A DNA stretch of 62,857 nucleotides, the filler included, from Choristocarpus tenellus KU-1152 (lineage: Eukaryota; Protista; Phaeophyceae): assembly GCA_964200185.2 (NCBI GenBank). It is 5 parts of 5 records of this genome, joined end to end, with 100 filler letters (N's around TTAATTAATTAA, not from the genome) between each part and the next. Parts side by side here need not be neighbours in the genome. Positions count along the whole stretch, not along the records: positions 32,420 to 37,602 come from CAXNAD020011586.1; positions 37,703 to 43,797 come from CAXNAD020008950.1; positions 43,898 to 62,857 come from CAXNAD020000504.1; 2 more parts are not named here. One strand, written 5' to 3'. This document shows, piece by piece, positions 37,201 to 50,663 of the stretch. How positions within the stretch are numbered: the first letter of the stretch is position 1; the number at the start of each line of letters is the position of its first letter. The notes below the pieces were generated by a model. It saw nothing but the letters and a program-made list of their open reading frames with translations, ran no database searches and was not told where the DNA came from. Position numbers and translations under genes: made by a program.

Positions 37201-39880
37201 ACCTCCAGTAATGGACAGCTAAAAATAAAATTGACAGTAGTTGTTATATCACCTGCAAACTACAGTACAAAACTCCAAGAACGAAAGATGATTATCCAAC
37301 TCTTCCCCTTCCTTCACTACCCACAGCAAATGATGTGCAGTTTGTTTAACGATATCTAGGTCAAGTCTTCACAGGCATTGTTATTGTTTTTCACCAGACG
37401 AGACGGCAAAGTGCTGCATACCTTGGATCACTTCTTTCAGAGCTGGGTCACCCTCATCTCTTTTGCAATAAGTGGGATCCAAGCTCTAAACTTGACAGTG
37501 TGGACGAACCAGAGACTCTTTCCCCTCTCCCCCCCCCCCAAAAAAAAGAAGGATATACATATATACATATATAAATTTTACCACATTTTACGAAGATTTC
37601 TTNNNNNNNNNNNNNNNNNNNNNNNNNNNNNNNNNNNNNNNNNNNNTTAATTAATTAANNNNNNNNNNNNNNNNNNNNNNNNNNNNNNNNNNNNNNNNNN
37701 NNCCCCCCCCCCCCCCCCCCTCCTAGATACTTTGAGACTCTCTTAGTTCTCATATGTACGTACACTGCTTCAATCCAAGCACAGGAAGCCTGATCGTGTT
37801 AAAGTGAGTCTAAAAAGTCTTTATGCTATTGATAAGGAAAGTTGCGCTTCAATGCTCAACATCAAAAGTTTGCTCAAAATTGTTTTGGATAGTAGGGCGG
37901 ATAGCCATGATACTAGCAGGCTGCCTACTCCCACAAGAAAACTTTGCAAGAAGACATTGTATCCTCTATATTGGTATGGTCTCTAAAAACAAAGTGGAAT
38001 CTGAGCACCATCAATTGCTCTAAAGCACCGAAATTGTTCCTCTCATTCTGATGGGAGTATTTGGACTGTTTTTTCTGACATTGTAGTACTATCACAAACT
38101 ATTGATACCTTTCATCTCACCTGACCTTCAGTAGTACAAGCTTAAATCTCTACTTCCTTCCTCTACTATGCAAAAATTATAGCGTCAGCAACCTCAGTGT
38201 CTCAACTTCACGTGTACCTTATAATCCCAAACCTGTACCACTGACTAGCTACAATTCATATTCCTTAACTCTTTACCACAAACGACTCTCACGTTGGTAT
38301 CCTGTTTCACTCTCAGAGCTGTCAGAGTCTGACCCGTTGTCAATAGTGATAAAATTGTCCACTGAAGAATCACCGTCCTCTTGTTTCTCAAGAACACCCA
38401 TGCACTTCTCCCCATGTTGCACGATTTTTTCATCTCCTCCAGCGCCTATCACTTTGATTTGTCCCAGTACCTCCACCTCCTGCTGCTCCTCCACCTTGTC
38501 TCCTGCAAAACATATTTCTCCAAGGCTTTGCTTATCACCCAAATTTCCCTGTTCTGCATCACCAGTTTCCCTGCTACTGTTGCAGTTCCCGTCAGCCTTA
38601 TTACCAATATCTTTAACAGATCGATTTGGCCTTCCCTTTCCACGGCCCCTCCCCATCCTAGACCTAGGCTCTATGCTGGTACTGTCTCGTATCCCCATAG
38701 TTGGGTCAGTCACAAACCCCTCATTACTAAAACATTCCGCCCCTCTTCCCACATTCCCCTGTTTTCCATCGACCTGGAAGTCCCTTGCACTGTCTCGAGT
38801 TGATGGTAGCAGCAAGGTCTCCATCCTGGCCTTGTCCTCATATGTGATCGCTTCACTATTCCTGGGGCTAACAAGGCCCTTGGTCTCATTCAATCTCACT
38901 TCTGGCAAGCAACCTAAAGGAACCCCCACTGCCTCTTCCACTAGCAAGTTAGTCACAGCATCACACACTTCAGTGGTTTCTGAAGTACCTACTTCTGCAT
39001 CATTTCCGTTTACCATATCACTGTACCCAGCATGCTGTGACACCACAGCACCTGCACATTTGTTGTACTCTTCCCCAGCAACAACTGACAGAGGAGAGTG
39101 AGATTCCGTTTTGTTGTCGGGACACGAGTGTGGGTGTGTGTTCTTGTCTGGGCAAGAGATTGAAAGCAAATTCTCTGTGTGTTTACAGCTTGACACTACT
39201 CCTTCCATCTCCGAAGGAGAGATCTGCAAGTCCTGGCTGACATGTAGTCGGCTTCTAGCGATAAATAGGTCACCCTCTCGTTCACCTTGATTTTCATCGT
39301 TCGAAATAGACCCTGGTTCCGACAATAATGGAGAGTCCATTGCCGTCAATATGCTAATTGGGGGTTTGTTCTCTGGGTGGGCGCTCTCCTTGCCGCTATC
39401 CAACCTTGCAATTCTTTCAACTTTGCTTTCATCACCAACCTCTAGTCCTTCCGCAGTCTGTGGACCGAATTTTTCACATTTCTCGGTCTTTTCTCCCTCG
39501 CGCACACCAGTCAAGTCGTTTGTGCGAGCTAGATAAACCGAGCCATTATCATCGTCGTGACCCTCGAAGGACTCCTTGGTCATTGGCACCTCTCCAGCTT
39601 GACGGTCCCTTATATCCTTTTCCGAAGTGGTACATGACTGTGCAATGGATTTAGAGGGTAGATTTGAGTGTGGCTGCTCACTACAATCTCTTCCATTATC
39701 TGGAGAAGCAAATTCATCCGAGTGGACTCGTTGGCGACCGCTTGGGCATTCCTCGATCAAAGTCGGATGCATATCGGCAGAGGTTGCACGGGGCCCCGAC
39801 TTCCCCGTAGGTACATAACGGCTAGTACCTTCACCTGGATAAAGCGGTAAATTCTTCCTTTCAGCGTTTGTCGTGCACAA
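34279..39880 (-). CDS. Multi-exon gene of unknown function with a ~1.6 kb acidic, disordered exon
   Basis: 535-aa ORF 38273-39880 and 196-aa ORF 35938-36528, plus phase-compatible small 3' exons (GRRGTVSKEQ..YWELPQLLH | EAGEGFLLGSCSTAWAKVALLK | VLRNISFEQG..RLLRI*); spans the gap at 37603; exact structure and start codon uncertain. Confidence 0.6.
37603..37702. other. Assembly gap / artificial contig spacer
   Basis: N44-TTAATTAATTAA-N44. Confidence 0.97.
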
Positions 39881-42294
39881 TATGCTCAGCGCGACTCACA
39901 ATATATAGGAATGCCACTCTTAGTCTCGGCTTGATATTCTCACCTCAATAAGGTCTATCCACACAGTATCTCAATTGAAAAATAGCTTTATGAAATTCTA
40001 TATCACCTTACTTCATGTCTCGAGCAAAGGAATTGTACGCTCACGAAGGTGCAGTGCCTACCTCCGCTGTCCATCCCTCCCAGCAGGAGGACTATGAACG
40101 ATTTTCGAATTACTATAGTAGCCACCTCCTTGCCGTCGCTGGTAGGATGGAAGCACATACATCCAGGTGTCTCCCAGCTATTACATCCACTTCGGCTCGG
40201 CTCACAATTATAGTCGGTTTACTTTTTCGTCCCTTGAAAAAGTCATGTATATGGTAGCCTTGGTGATGTAACCGAAAAAAACGGTGGATACAAATGCGAC
40301 ACGATACTAGGTGATGCATCATACTATCAGCGATGTCGTCACTTCCTGACAAGAGTAGAGCATGATGAGTTCCATACTCAAGCACATGTCACAGGATATG
40401 GGCTAGGTTGGTTGAAGATGGGGACGCCCCGTGCGTTCTCTATACAGAACAAATAAAAAACTAGGGTGGGCAAAATGATGTCGTGGATACTCGAAACGGG
40501 AAGAATCAACTTACACTTCCAAGAACTACTATGATGGATTTGAGTCCAATTGCTTTATATTTGATACAAATAAGCAACACCTCTTTCTGACAGACTTTGG
40601 AGCCCAGAGTTGAACCACATTAATAAAAACATCGACAATCCAATAATATATTCTCCTCCCTATCATTGATGAAATGAAAACACAGAACCATATTAACATT
40701 GCTCATTCTCAAACCCCATTCATTCTATTTTTATCAAAATATGTGCTTTGAGAGAAGTGCTTTGAAGTACAGTCTGTTAGAGCACAGGATAAATTGTCAC
40801 ATTAATTTTGTAATATCCCATCATGGTTCTTCCACTATATATAGAAAGGTTGAAGACACCATAGTTCAAATCGCAGTCTGGAGTACTACGATATTTTCTT
40901 GGAGAGTATCGCTAGGTGGGAGCAATCAGTAAAACTTGAAGCACGAATAATATCCTCCATCCACCACTAGGAAGTCACCTGGTAGGTAGGTAGAAATGTA
41001 CCTGTACAAACAGCATCAGCTGGAGAAAACGATTCAGTATTCACTGAACAAGGAGTGGGGGGAGATATTGCGTCTATACTGGGCTCTACTAGTGTTGTAT
41101 TGCGTTACTGTCCATACCAACCATTTCGCGAGCGCATCTTGAACACCGGCTGTGCCAAGCGTAACATTGTAAGAGCTATCGCAAGGGCCATAATACCAGA
41201 GACAAGCAATATTTTATGCCTTCACCATCGATATTTTTTCGTTTGTGCAAGTATGGTTCCTACTGACACTGAAAGGTGATCGTTGTCGTGAGTTAGGGAA
41301 AGGAAAGCGAGTCACGACAGGGAAGTCAACTCAAGTGGATGGAAGTGCGACTTGTGCTTCCCACACTTTGTAAGGTCCTCCAGAACCAAAGTAAACAGGG
41401 GGTATGTTGCATTTTAAGGATGCCGACAAATACACGTACACAATCCGGCTTTTGTACAAACGCGTGAAGGGACTTCTCTGAACTCTGTCCAATTTTTTCC
41501 AACAATGTGGAAATGAACGCTATAAAGTCAAATCTTAGTACTTCACCCATAGAAATAAGGGTGAATCGCAAAGACGAAAAGGTGCCATAAAATGCATAAA
41601 GGGAAAAACCTGGGTATCTCTGCCCCATAGCATCCTAGAGGGGGGGTAAGCGTCCATTCGGGGCCTGTGTGAAAACCTGTAGTAATTTTATTGTCATCTG
41701 AGTGAATGTGTTAGATGTAAGGGCAATTTCCTTCATCTGTACGCACCTTTCTTTTCCGTTCCTCTGCCTGAACCAAATCCGAAGGAAATTTAATCGAAAA
41801 CGGGCATCAAACGGGTGTATCTTACGACAACCCATCAAGGCCCAAATGGAAAGTTTATGCTAAATATCCCCCACCCTCTAAGGTACTATGACACTCTTTT
41901 TTACTTTGGCTCTCCATGAGGAACCCTTGTGAGTGCAAAAATGAGACTGCGAAAGAGCAATACATTGAGCACACTCCAGGGACCAGGACCTGACATATCC
42001 ATAATCCCAGTGAGCTCAAAGCAACAACCTGTATAGATATAGCACCACCCATATTGGGGAGATGGCGTGAGTACCAGCAAATGCAGTACCTAAAGAGTAC
42101 ATATTTAGTAACAGGACATCGATCCCAAAAACTCAGCCGTCCATTGTGAACCTTTCCAGATGGTAGATAATTAAGATTGATCTCAGAGTCACTTTTTTTT
42201 GTTGAATTGGTTGAAGTCTGCCTTAAGTCTTCAACCCGATAAAACTCAAGTTTGGAATGGTATCAGAGTTCAAAAAAATATTATTTTATACTAT

Positions 42295-42475
42295 TCCAGA
42301 AGGGGCCTTTGCTGAATTGTGGTGTCACTTTGTGTGTGGAAAGGGGGAATATCAATTTTGCGTATACACTATTGTGTGCATGAAGCAATGAAATAGAGCA
42401 CAGTGTACCAGGTAAGACATACGACTTAGAACGCAAAAGGGTCCAAACCTGCCTAACTCTCAATTGGTTTGGCTC
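42295..42475 (-). mobile_element. MITE family B, copy 3 (partial)
   Basis: Reverse complement of 6695-6865; ends CCTGCCTAACTCTCAATTGGTTTGGCTC. Confidence 0.75.
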
Positions 42476-42479
42476 ATCA

Positions 42480-42730
42480 CAAGAACACAACCCCAAGAAT
42501 GTTTTCCTGACCAAAATAGTGACTGGTGAATAGGGTGGCTCGTTCAGAATGGATAGCCTGGGCCAGGATGGGGTACATGGAGTGTGTTGTTGTAAAGTGT
42601 TTCCTGCCTGCCAAGGTTGAGTGCGTGTAAGGACATGTTAATACAAGAAATATCATGCGAGTGGAGGCTATGATCATCACCGGCATACATTAGGTCACCC
42701 ACCTTAAGGGCAGGATCAATACGCAAAATA
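42480..42730 (-). pseudogene. LINE reverse transcriptase fragment
   Basis: LKVGDLMYAGDD resembles the non-LTR RT YADD motif; degenerate downstream. Confidence 0.45.
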
Positions 42731-43723
42731 TTCCTATATACACAGTACTATCCGTTCGTTGCGGGGGAAGTATTTTTTGACATACATACACTGGGTATGA
42801 GGCACAATAAGAAATGATACCTTGCACCAATTGAAGAAGTATAGGAACTATCAGCTATTAAAATAGACAATTAGGTACTTCTTAATTTGAGAAAATAAAA
42901 TTAAAGTAGTATATTTCTATTTCAATCTATAACTGGTGGTACGATCGGTACCCTAACAAATCATTAGTTACATATATATTATAATAGGATATAAAAGAAG
43001 TACATTTTTTTATTTCCTCTTGATGTTACACCACATATTGAAGCAAAGGAGTCTTGATTTTGTTCATCAATTCGTAAATGAATTATAATGTAACACAGAT
43101 TTAATATGTTTCTAAAAACTGTATCAGATCGATCTTCATAGTTGGAAATTTCTACTATTTTGTAGGTTTCAAGAAAATAGTAGATTTTTGGAAAATCGAA
43201 GCTATAGAACATAAATGAAATACATTCCACTTCATACTCACACAAAATCAGTACCCGTTTGTGTACCAATTAATTATCGCATTATTTCAAACAAAACATT
43301 CTCAGCGTAGACTGAGAGAGGTGGGAAAGATCCTTTGTGATCTCAACTTTGTTCTGCATCACTTCCTGTTGGTCTCAGTAAAAAAATCGGTTGTCCTTCT
43401 ATTTGCAGAAATTGTGTTTGTGTTTCGTTTGACAGGATAATAACGCACAAGTGATGGATGGATGCATACATACAGTATATCTACGTGTGAGGTACAAAAA
43501 GATGGGCAATGATTCTCACTCCTCTTTCACAACCCAATCAACTCTCTAAAAAATTATGTCAAAATATAAAATGAAGCCAACGACAAAGAACACTCAGTTA
43601 TTGGCTATATAGTTTGTCTTTACCAACACAACAAATATCTTAACATCTGATCCTTTTCACGAGGTATATCGTTTCAATCCTTCGGTACATACGTAGCGTT
43701 TCTGGGTTGAACGATACAATCAC

Positions 43724-43797
43724 ATGGAGATGGGCACGGAGGGGTCAGTTGGATTCTTGGGATGCCTCCCTAGCTCCCCCCCCCGGGGCACAGGAGT
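43724..43797 (+). mobile_element. Further fragment of the CRE-like LINE 3' region, cut by the gap
   Basis: GGAGATGGGCACGGAGGGG..GATTCTTGGGATGCCTCCCTAGCTCC matches 22123-22175. Confidence 0.7.
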
Positions 43798-43897
43798 NNN
43801 NNNNNNNNNNNNNNNNNNNNNNNNNNNNNNNNNNNNNNNNNTTAATTAATTAANNNNNNNNNNNNNNNNNNNNNNNNNNNNNNNNNNNNNNNNNNNN
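43798..43897. other. Assembly gap / artificial contig spacer
   Basis: N44-TTAATTAATTAA-N44. Confidence 0.97.
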
Positions 43898-43940
43898 ATA
43901 TCATACTATGTATACATGTATACTACAATATAATACATAC

Positions 43941-46529
43941 CTGGCGGGTCAGAAGAGGGAGGTGCAGCTGAAGCAGATCCTCCACTGGTACCCACTGCCC
44001 TTACAGCATCAATATCAGCCTCACTGAATTACACCAATCGAAAAATCGGGCAAGAAGAATAGATAATGAGAAGAATAAATTATCTCACAAGGTTTGCAAT
44101 TAATGTAGCATATGAAAGCAACGTGGTTCTGGAAAGGGTATCATTGTACCCTTTCCTCTGTATAGTGCAAATAAAACTAAAACATCTGATCACAACTGCA
44201 AGTATAAAGTGACACAAATATGTGAGTAGAAATAGTGCTTACAGCATGATATACAAGAATATATCTTGTATCTGACAATAACAATTAATTTAATTTCACA
44301 ATCCAACACCTACAAGAAGCGCCAGTACCAATTTGGGAAAACCGCTAATGTTTGTTAGTTCAGAGTAAACAGCCCAAAATGATGTAGACTTTAGTGTGAC
44401 CCCTCCAGCTTGTCATTGTGCAAGATTGGCATCAACTAGAACTTACACCTTGCCCAACGCTCTAACCTACACTACATACTCTGACAAAAAGGAGACAAGG
44501 GCAAAGTAAGCAGTCTTTCAACTGATCTTCAACAGTCAGTAGTGGTACAAATATTCCGTCAACCACAAAACCATTGTCCTTTTGTGGGAACATGAAATAG
44601 GTACCTCACCAGATATGCAAGGACAACATTTTTTTTTTAACCAAGGGTTTCTTTCAAGTGAACCACTCAACATGGACCCTTGTATTCTGGATGACTCACA
44701 CCACATCAATCCTTCCCCAACAACACAAACCAAAGGCTGATCAAAAATGCTTGCTAGTGCCCTTTGGATATTTCCCCCCTCCTAAACATCACTCCTTGAA
44801 AGGCATTAATGCATGCTTTCAAGGCTTGAATCAGAGAACAAGGACTGTCAATAATGATACCCATCCCACTTTTTAAAAAATGACTATGCCTGGGGAGACA
44901 AAATCAAGTAATTTGGGAAATGAAGCACAACATACAATGTCATCCTTGAGACACTGTAACCTTCACAATTGCACTGTGGGATTGGGTTTCTGTTTCAATC
45001 CTAGGTTATGCAACATACTTATTCAGGGTTCATGTTAGTAGCTGTGTACAAACTTACTGAAGAATGCATCGCCTTGGCCAAGAGGGAGATGAATGTCAAT
45101 GGCACTGTAGGAGTTTAGTAACATATCTACCCAATCAAGTAAGGTCACCACTCCACCATTCACATAATTTACACCATCTTCTTCCACCTTCCATTGTTGT
45201 TATTGTTATCACCATTTACTTGACAGTGCCTCAGAAGGACAGGACCAAATCATTCCCTCACATGACTCACATTTCAGCAATCAGGGCCACTGTAGCCCCA
45301 ACCTTTGCTGTTTCACCCTCCCCAGAAAGCACTGCTGCCAGGAAACCCTCCTCAAAAGACTCAACCTCCATGTCCGCCTTGTCTGACTCAACAACCATAA
45401 GAGCATCCCCAACCTGAGGGAAGAGGCCAATGTTGGAACAAAGTTGGGAGTCATGCGTCACAATTTTCACTTGACTCACTATTCTGAAGGAATTCACTTG
45501 AACTGATATGTGTAACTCTCAATTTACTCTGCTATTGAGAGGTAAACTAGACTTTTACACAAAAAATACACACATGGGTCACTAAAATCAGTCTCACACC
45601 CAGGAGGGGAATCCAAACTCCTTGCACACATTATAAAGTGTGACATTCAGGAAGGAGTAAGGCTATATGACTGGCTCTTCCAACACCCCAAATACAGCAT
45701 CACAGACACGGACGAGACTGGAAATCATCACCAGTGTAATCTTGTTATGACATGGAGAAGAGAGACTAAAATGTTACCGGTACAATTCTTTGAGATCGTA
45801 CACAGCAGGGTCATTCCTAAACACCCTCCAAAGTGAACAAACCCACCTCAACCTTGTCCCCAACTTCTTTGAGCCATTCCACAATCTTTCCCTCCTCCAT
45901 GGTTGAGGATAGGGCAGGCATATATAGTTCCTTTGCCTGCTGTGGTTATTATGAAAAAAAGAAGAGACACAGATAATGACATAATTTTCTTACTTTAGGG
46001 GTTGATCGGGATTGACTGAAATGTTCCCCATAGAGAATTAAAATGCGTACATGTGGTGGAGAAAAGCATTATAGCAGACAGTGGACTAGAGAACAAATCA
46101 ATTCGCAACATAGTACGTAGACCAGACCACTACACACTACTCAGGAAACGAATAATACACAAATCCGCAGTGCACCAGGAGAGGCAGAGGAAGGAGACCA
46201 TGGGGACAATGCAATACATCGAATCGTATGCAGAGTGTGAACTCCACGAACTGGTCAATATCTGTTAGGATTACTTAGCGATACTAAGTAACGCTTGCGG
46301 CAACTCTCACAAGGAAACCCAAGCATTGACCTACCTGAACAGCAGACATGATGACACCACCGGAAGATGCCCTCACCACTGAACCCGGATGACCCCATCG
46401 CCACACTGTGCTAGAGCTGCCACTAGAGCATGCTGCCAGCTTTGGGGCAACCAAAGGTGACAAAAAAGCGTTGCTACAGCCGCTGGTCAAGGCAACCACG
46501 GCTAGTCTCAGACCTTGAGAAGGTGCCAT
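43941..46529 (-). CDS. LTA2: Plastid pyruvate dehydrogenase E2 (dihydrolipoamide acetyltransferase), first four exons
   Basis: Exons 46529-46335, 45939(or 45936)-45847, 45413-45271, 44023-43941. Lipoyl domain MPALSSTMEEGKIVEWLK..VGDALMVVESDKADMEVESFEEGFLA (plastid/cyanobacterial type). Signal peptide cleavage SNA|FLSP (ASAFAP-like) followed by a Ser/Arg-rich transit peptide. Truncated at the gap. Confidence 0.92.
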
Positions 46530-47499
46530 AGCTCAGTCGCGCTCTTTGATAGTAGTGGTCTCTTCGAAGACATGAAGTAACGAACGTCACAACACAGGGA
46601 CATGGTGGGGTTAGTCTAGGGTGGCAAATCATAATGAATATATGGTTTCACGTAGATCGACATCTCAAGGGAGGGGTTGTGCACAGCAAGAGTTAGCAAA
46701 AAAATTGACAATGAGCCTGCACGTGACAAAGTGACAGTTATGACCCTTCACTCCATTCACCACCAGGGTGTTGCAACCAGAAGTGCGCATTAATAAATGA
46801 AGTTTGGGACTCATACACCACGACCAAGCAATCTCTGCTACAAATCTCGCCCAACCGGGAAATTCTTTCGTTCGAGGATTCTTAAATTGTACACTACCCC
46901 TGAGCAGTCGTTGACATCCACTTCCTTGGCAGAAGTGTACCTTGAGGGTGGTTCAATGTACTAGCACCACCAAACATCCAAGTAACATACGCTCAGTTCT
47001 AAGACGTACCACTCAGTCACTTTTTTCCACCTGGCACTTCGAAACCCAGCGACTATGCTCTAGCTAAAGCACAGAATGCTGAGAAAGGCTGTGTATCATC
47101 CTGCACACAAACGTTGACATGAAACATGATCGGTTCTGTCATCGCATATTCGACTCTATTCTCGACTCACCACCCAGCAGACCACCGCCACCAGTAAAGG
47201 ACTTTCGCCCAAGACCTTCGCGCCAAATGGCAAAGTACAATTTCAGGACCGACCCACCCCGTCTAAATGGAAAACATGATGGGGATGTGAGGTCATAGTG
47301 GGGATGGAAGGCTGGAACAGATCAAAATATTTTTTTCTTCGCATACCTTTACACATACATATCACAAGAGACTTCTTAACTGGTTGGTACAACCATAAAA
47401 TGGAAGGGGTCAAGACATAGAGGATTTAACAACCTCGAAAAGATATGTTCGTGATTGCATGCAGAGCAGACGACACACTCAACGCGCGAACGATGACAG

Positions 47500-48420
47500 C
47501 TACACCTCCCCCACATAATCTGATCACCACTCTCCACTCTCACTGAGTTCACTTGAGTATCTACAGTTCCATAATCCAAGACCTTCAAACCAACAGGTCC
47601 AACAACGGGTTCAGCTTATACTCTATCTAAGATTCTTGTCAAAGGAACAGGGCCTAGTCAATAGGGTGGCAAGGCTGAAAGCAACATGAGGAGACTTGAC
47701 GAACTTGGTTAGCTCTCGCCATCCACATCCACGCTCGTCCTTGGTCGTTAATAGCGAATTAGGTCGACTCTATCCCCGCAGGTGACAGTAGTCCGATAGA
47801 ACGGCACACACAAGTATGTCTAGCCTTTACTGCTTAACCCAGGAGCGCCATACATCATTGTGTACGTTGTGAGAGAGGATGAATATCCACGTGCCAATGC
47901 ATTGTTGAAATAGTGCCCCCAATCATAGTTGGAAGCCGCCATACGTAAGGTGGGATGACTAAGGTCTCAAGGAGGGTGGAGCCATAGTTGGAACAACCTT
48001 TATCATGCATCAACACTGGCCTGTGTGACATCTAATTTTTTGCTAACTGTGGCCACCACTTTCACCCAAGAATATGGACATTGTCGTCACCTCTGCCAAC
48101 TCTGGAGAACATAGTCAAAATGAGCACCTTGGACAATTGTCAACGCTCCAGTGATTGCTGAAAGGTCATAGTGATGCCCCCGTTTGTAAGCAGAGGTTAT
48201 AAACTCACAGAATGAGCAGAGAAGAGTTTGGACAAGAGAGTAAGAACTGGTCCTCGTGCCCCCACGAAGAGAGGCAGTGAGGGAGCAAAGAGAGATCTTT
48301 GAAATACAATGATTGCAACCAAGCCAGTTTCGCATTTACTATAGGAATAGAAGAGAGCAAATATGTCACTTGATCACCACACTCTATCGTGTTCATGCTT
48401 CCTTGGTACGGGGCTGAACC
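47500..48420 (-). pseudogene. Ty3/gypsy integrase remnant
   Basis: DQVTYLLSSIPIVNAKLAWLQSLYFK..HEDQF (degenerate DRF..IP..SDRGxQF region) and GPVGLKVLDYGTVDTQVNSVRVESGDQI (GPY/F module); heavily decayed. Confidence 0.45.
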
Positions 48421-50395
48421 ACATATACACAGATAGTGGGAGATCTCAGTTTCGAGGGCCTCTAAATCACAAATCTTGCTACAATGGTCTTGATTTGTTT
48501 CTCTAACAGTTCCACAGTAGAGAGTTCAATGTAATGCAAACGTGACTAAAACAAAAGATTTAAACACCTCTCACGTGAAACGTGATCACTGGACAAAGCG
48601 CAATATAGTGCATCCTGACAACCATTCTAGGGTAGGCACTTTCATTGTCTTTTCTACAAAAAAAAGCACCACAGCCTCCTCGCTTCTCAAAGGAATCCAG
48701 ACCTTCCACCTCAACTTCCCATCTACTACAATTTCCCACCTCCCCCCACCCACAAATCTTGTTGTGCTTCAGTTTTGATTCATGTTAACTCAATTCAATG
48801 CACTACTGCGGATGTCTTGCTGGATCAAACATACCAATCTTAGCATTTCAAATTAATCATACTAACATAAAGGGGACCTGCATGTTGGGGAGTGAGCATA
48901 TTGGCAGACTCAAATATTGTTGTCCTACGAACCATCAGGTAGCCAGGAATACAATTTTTGACACCAAAAAACATTATCATAAAAGTATAAGTTGGATTTC
49001 ATACAAAATTCAAAAGATAGGCCATTTCAGAGATACTAGTATTATTCTCTGTGTACACATTCACCCCATCAGCTAATTAACTTACACATCTTGACTTGGT
49101 GTTACTAAGAGCATACCGAACCTATAGCAGTAATATTTTCATCCGTTAATGCAAGTTGCTGTTGTTTGGAAGAAAGGGCTGGCAATTCCATCCTATACAT
49201 GGAAAAGCGCAATGAAGGCTGCAATGAGATCTTTAAGGTCAAACAGAGGGGAGTCGTGGAAAGTAGGATTTCCGGTCATTCCGTGGCGCTTTTTGGAACC
49301 GTGCTGATTTGAGGAAAAGGTGAAGAAAATCTACGTAACCTGAACGCTTACCAAGAAACTTGTGCACAAGAGGTTCGTGTACAATTTTAGGGTCCGTACT
49401 TCATGATGGGGATGAACTCAGCTTGTCGTACACTGATGGCACAAATAAGTTGCAATCTTGAACTTGTTTAGGTGTGTGAGGGCAGATCAAAGTATCTTTG
49501 TTGTGGACCCAGGAGGATGACACACAGCTCCTGCTGTCGTTGGCAGTGCTTTTACTCCAAATAGATTGGAGTATGCTATATTGCTAAATAGTAGAGAGAG
49601 GGGGGGGGAATAGGATTTCCAGAACACGAGCAATGCCTGCCTGGGTTGCATAGTCTTCTAATCGCAACCTCATCTGTGTGGTCCCAGTCACCTATCCTAT
49701 GCTTGTGCATTTGTAATCAGCCTAAACTATTGTTGCTGTCTGTACTTGGTGCGTTGTCTTTGGATAAGTAGACAGATTTGTACTCCAATGAATTGGCCCT
49801 GATATTTGTATCCTCTGCAGTAAATGGTCACGCTCCAATGGGTTACCTTCCAGCATTCGCTTGAAAAGTCGCAATATGCTTTTGTGGCTAGTGTTACAAG
49901 AAGATGGACAGTATTGAATTGTGAAAGGCATTTGCTTGTATTGGACATTTTTCTGTTTGTAGCTACTACTGCTGAATACCAAGGAAGAAAGCATCAACAC
50001 CTGGAGTGAGGAAACGCAGAATGATAATGCCTTGCTTGGCAGAAAACTAATCTGGAATAGATTAAAGATTCTGGTTACTAAATTCAGGGCTAATCTGTAG
50101 ATATCATGGTGCTGTGAAGTAGCTTTCAGTTCTTAAGACAAATGGTCAAGGTGTAGAGGAACAAGGTGATCTAGGTCTTCCAGGTTTCATCTGTCATGAA
50201 ATACACAGCATAGGAAACAGGTACACCCAGGTATAGATTCACTACAAAAAACACAATCGACCAGCCACCACCACAAATGATACTGAACAATTTCTAACAA
50301 AAAAGAGTCAAATCGGCATACTATGAGTACTACACCAACTTCGACAAGAAAAGGAGGGTCAAATGTACATGTAGGTAAAGATATCATCATTGGAC

Positions 50396-50663
50396 GAGCC
50401 TAAGCATTCAAGAGGGTAGGGCCGCGTCCGTTCGGGGTCATGAATCCAGTGTTGCGGTTGTGATGAATTTTGACTATCGTGTTTGTTAGCAAAATATAAA
50501 TATCCTTGCTCCGGACACACCTTTCATAGTCATACATTTTACCAACTACGAAATCCGACATGTTCACACAGAAAACCGAAAAAGGGCATTAAAAAAACGT
50601 GGGAAGCCAAGCCCTTAACGGACAAATAGGGCACAACTCCTACCTTCTTGAATACTTTGGGTT
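50396..50663 (+). mobile_element. MITE family A, copy 8 (diverged subfamily)
   Basis: GAGCCTAAGCATTCAAGAGGGTAGG ... CCTACCTTCTTGAATACTTTGGGTT, flanks GAC/GAC. Confidence 0.8.

Noticed and set aside
38337-39101. 254-aa + strand ORF
   Set aside because: Antisense shadow of the 535-aa minus-strand exon
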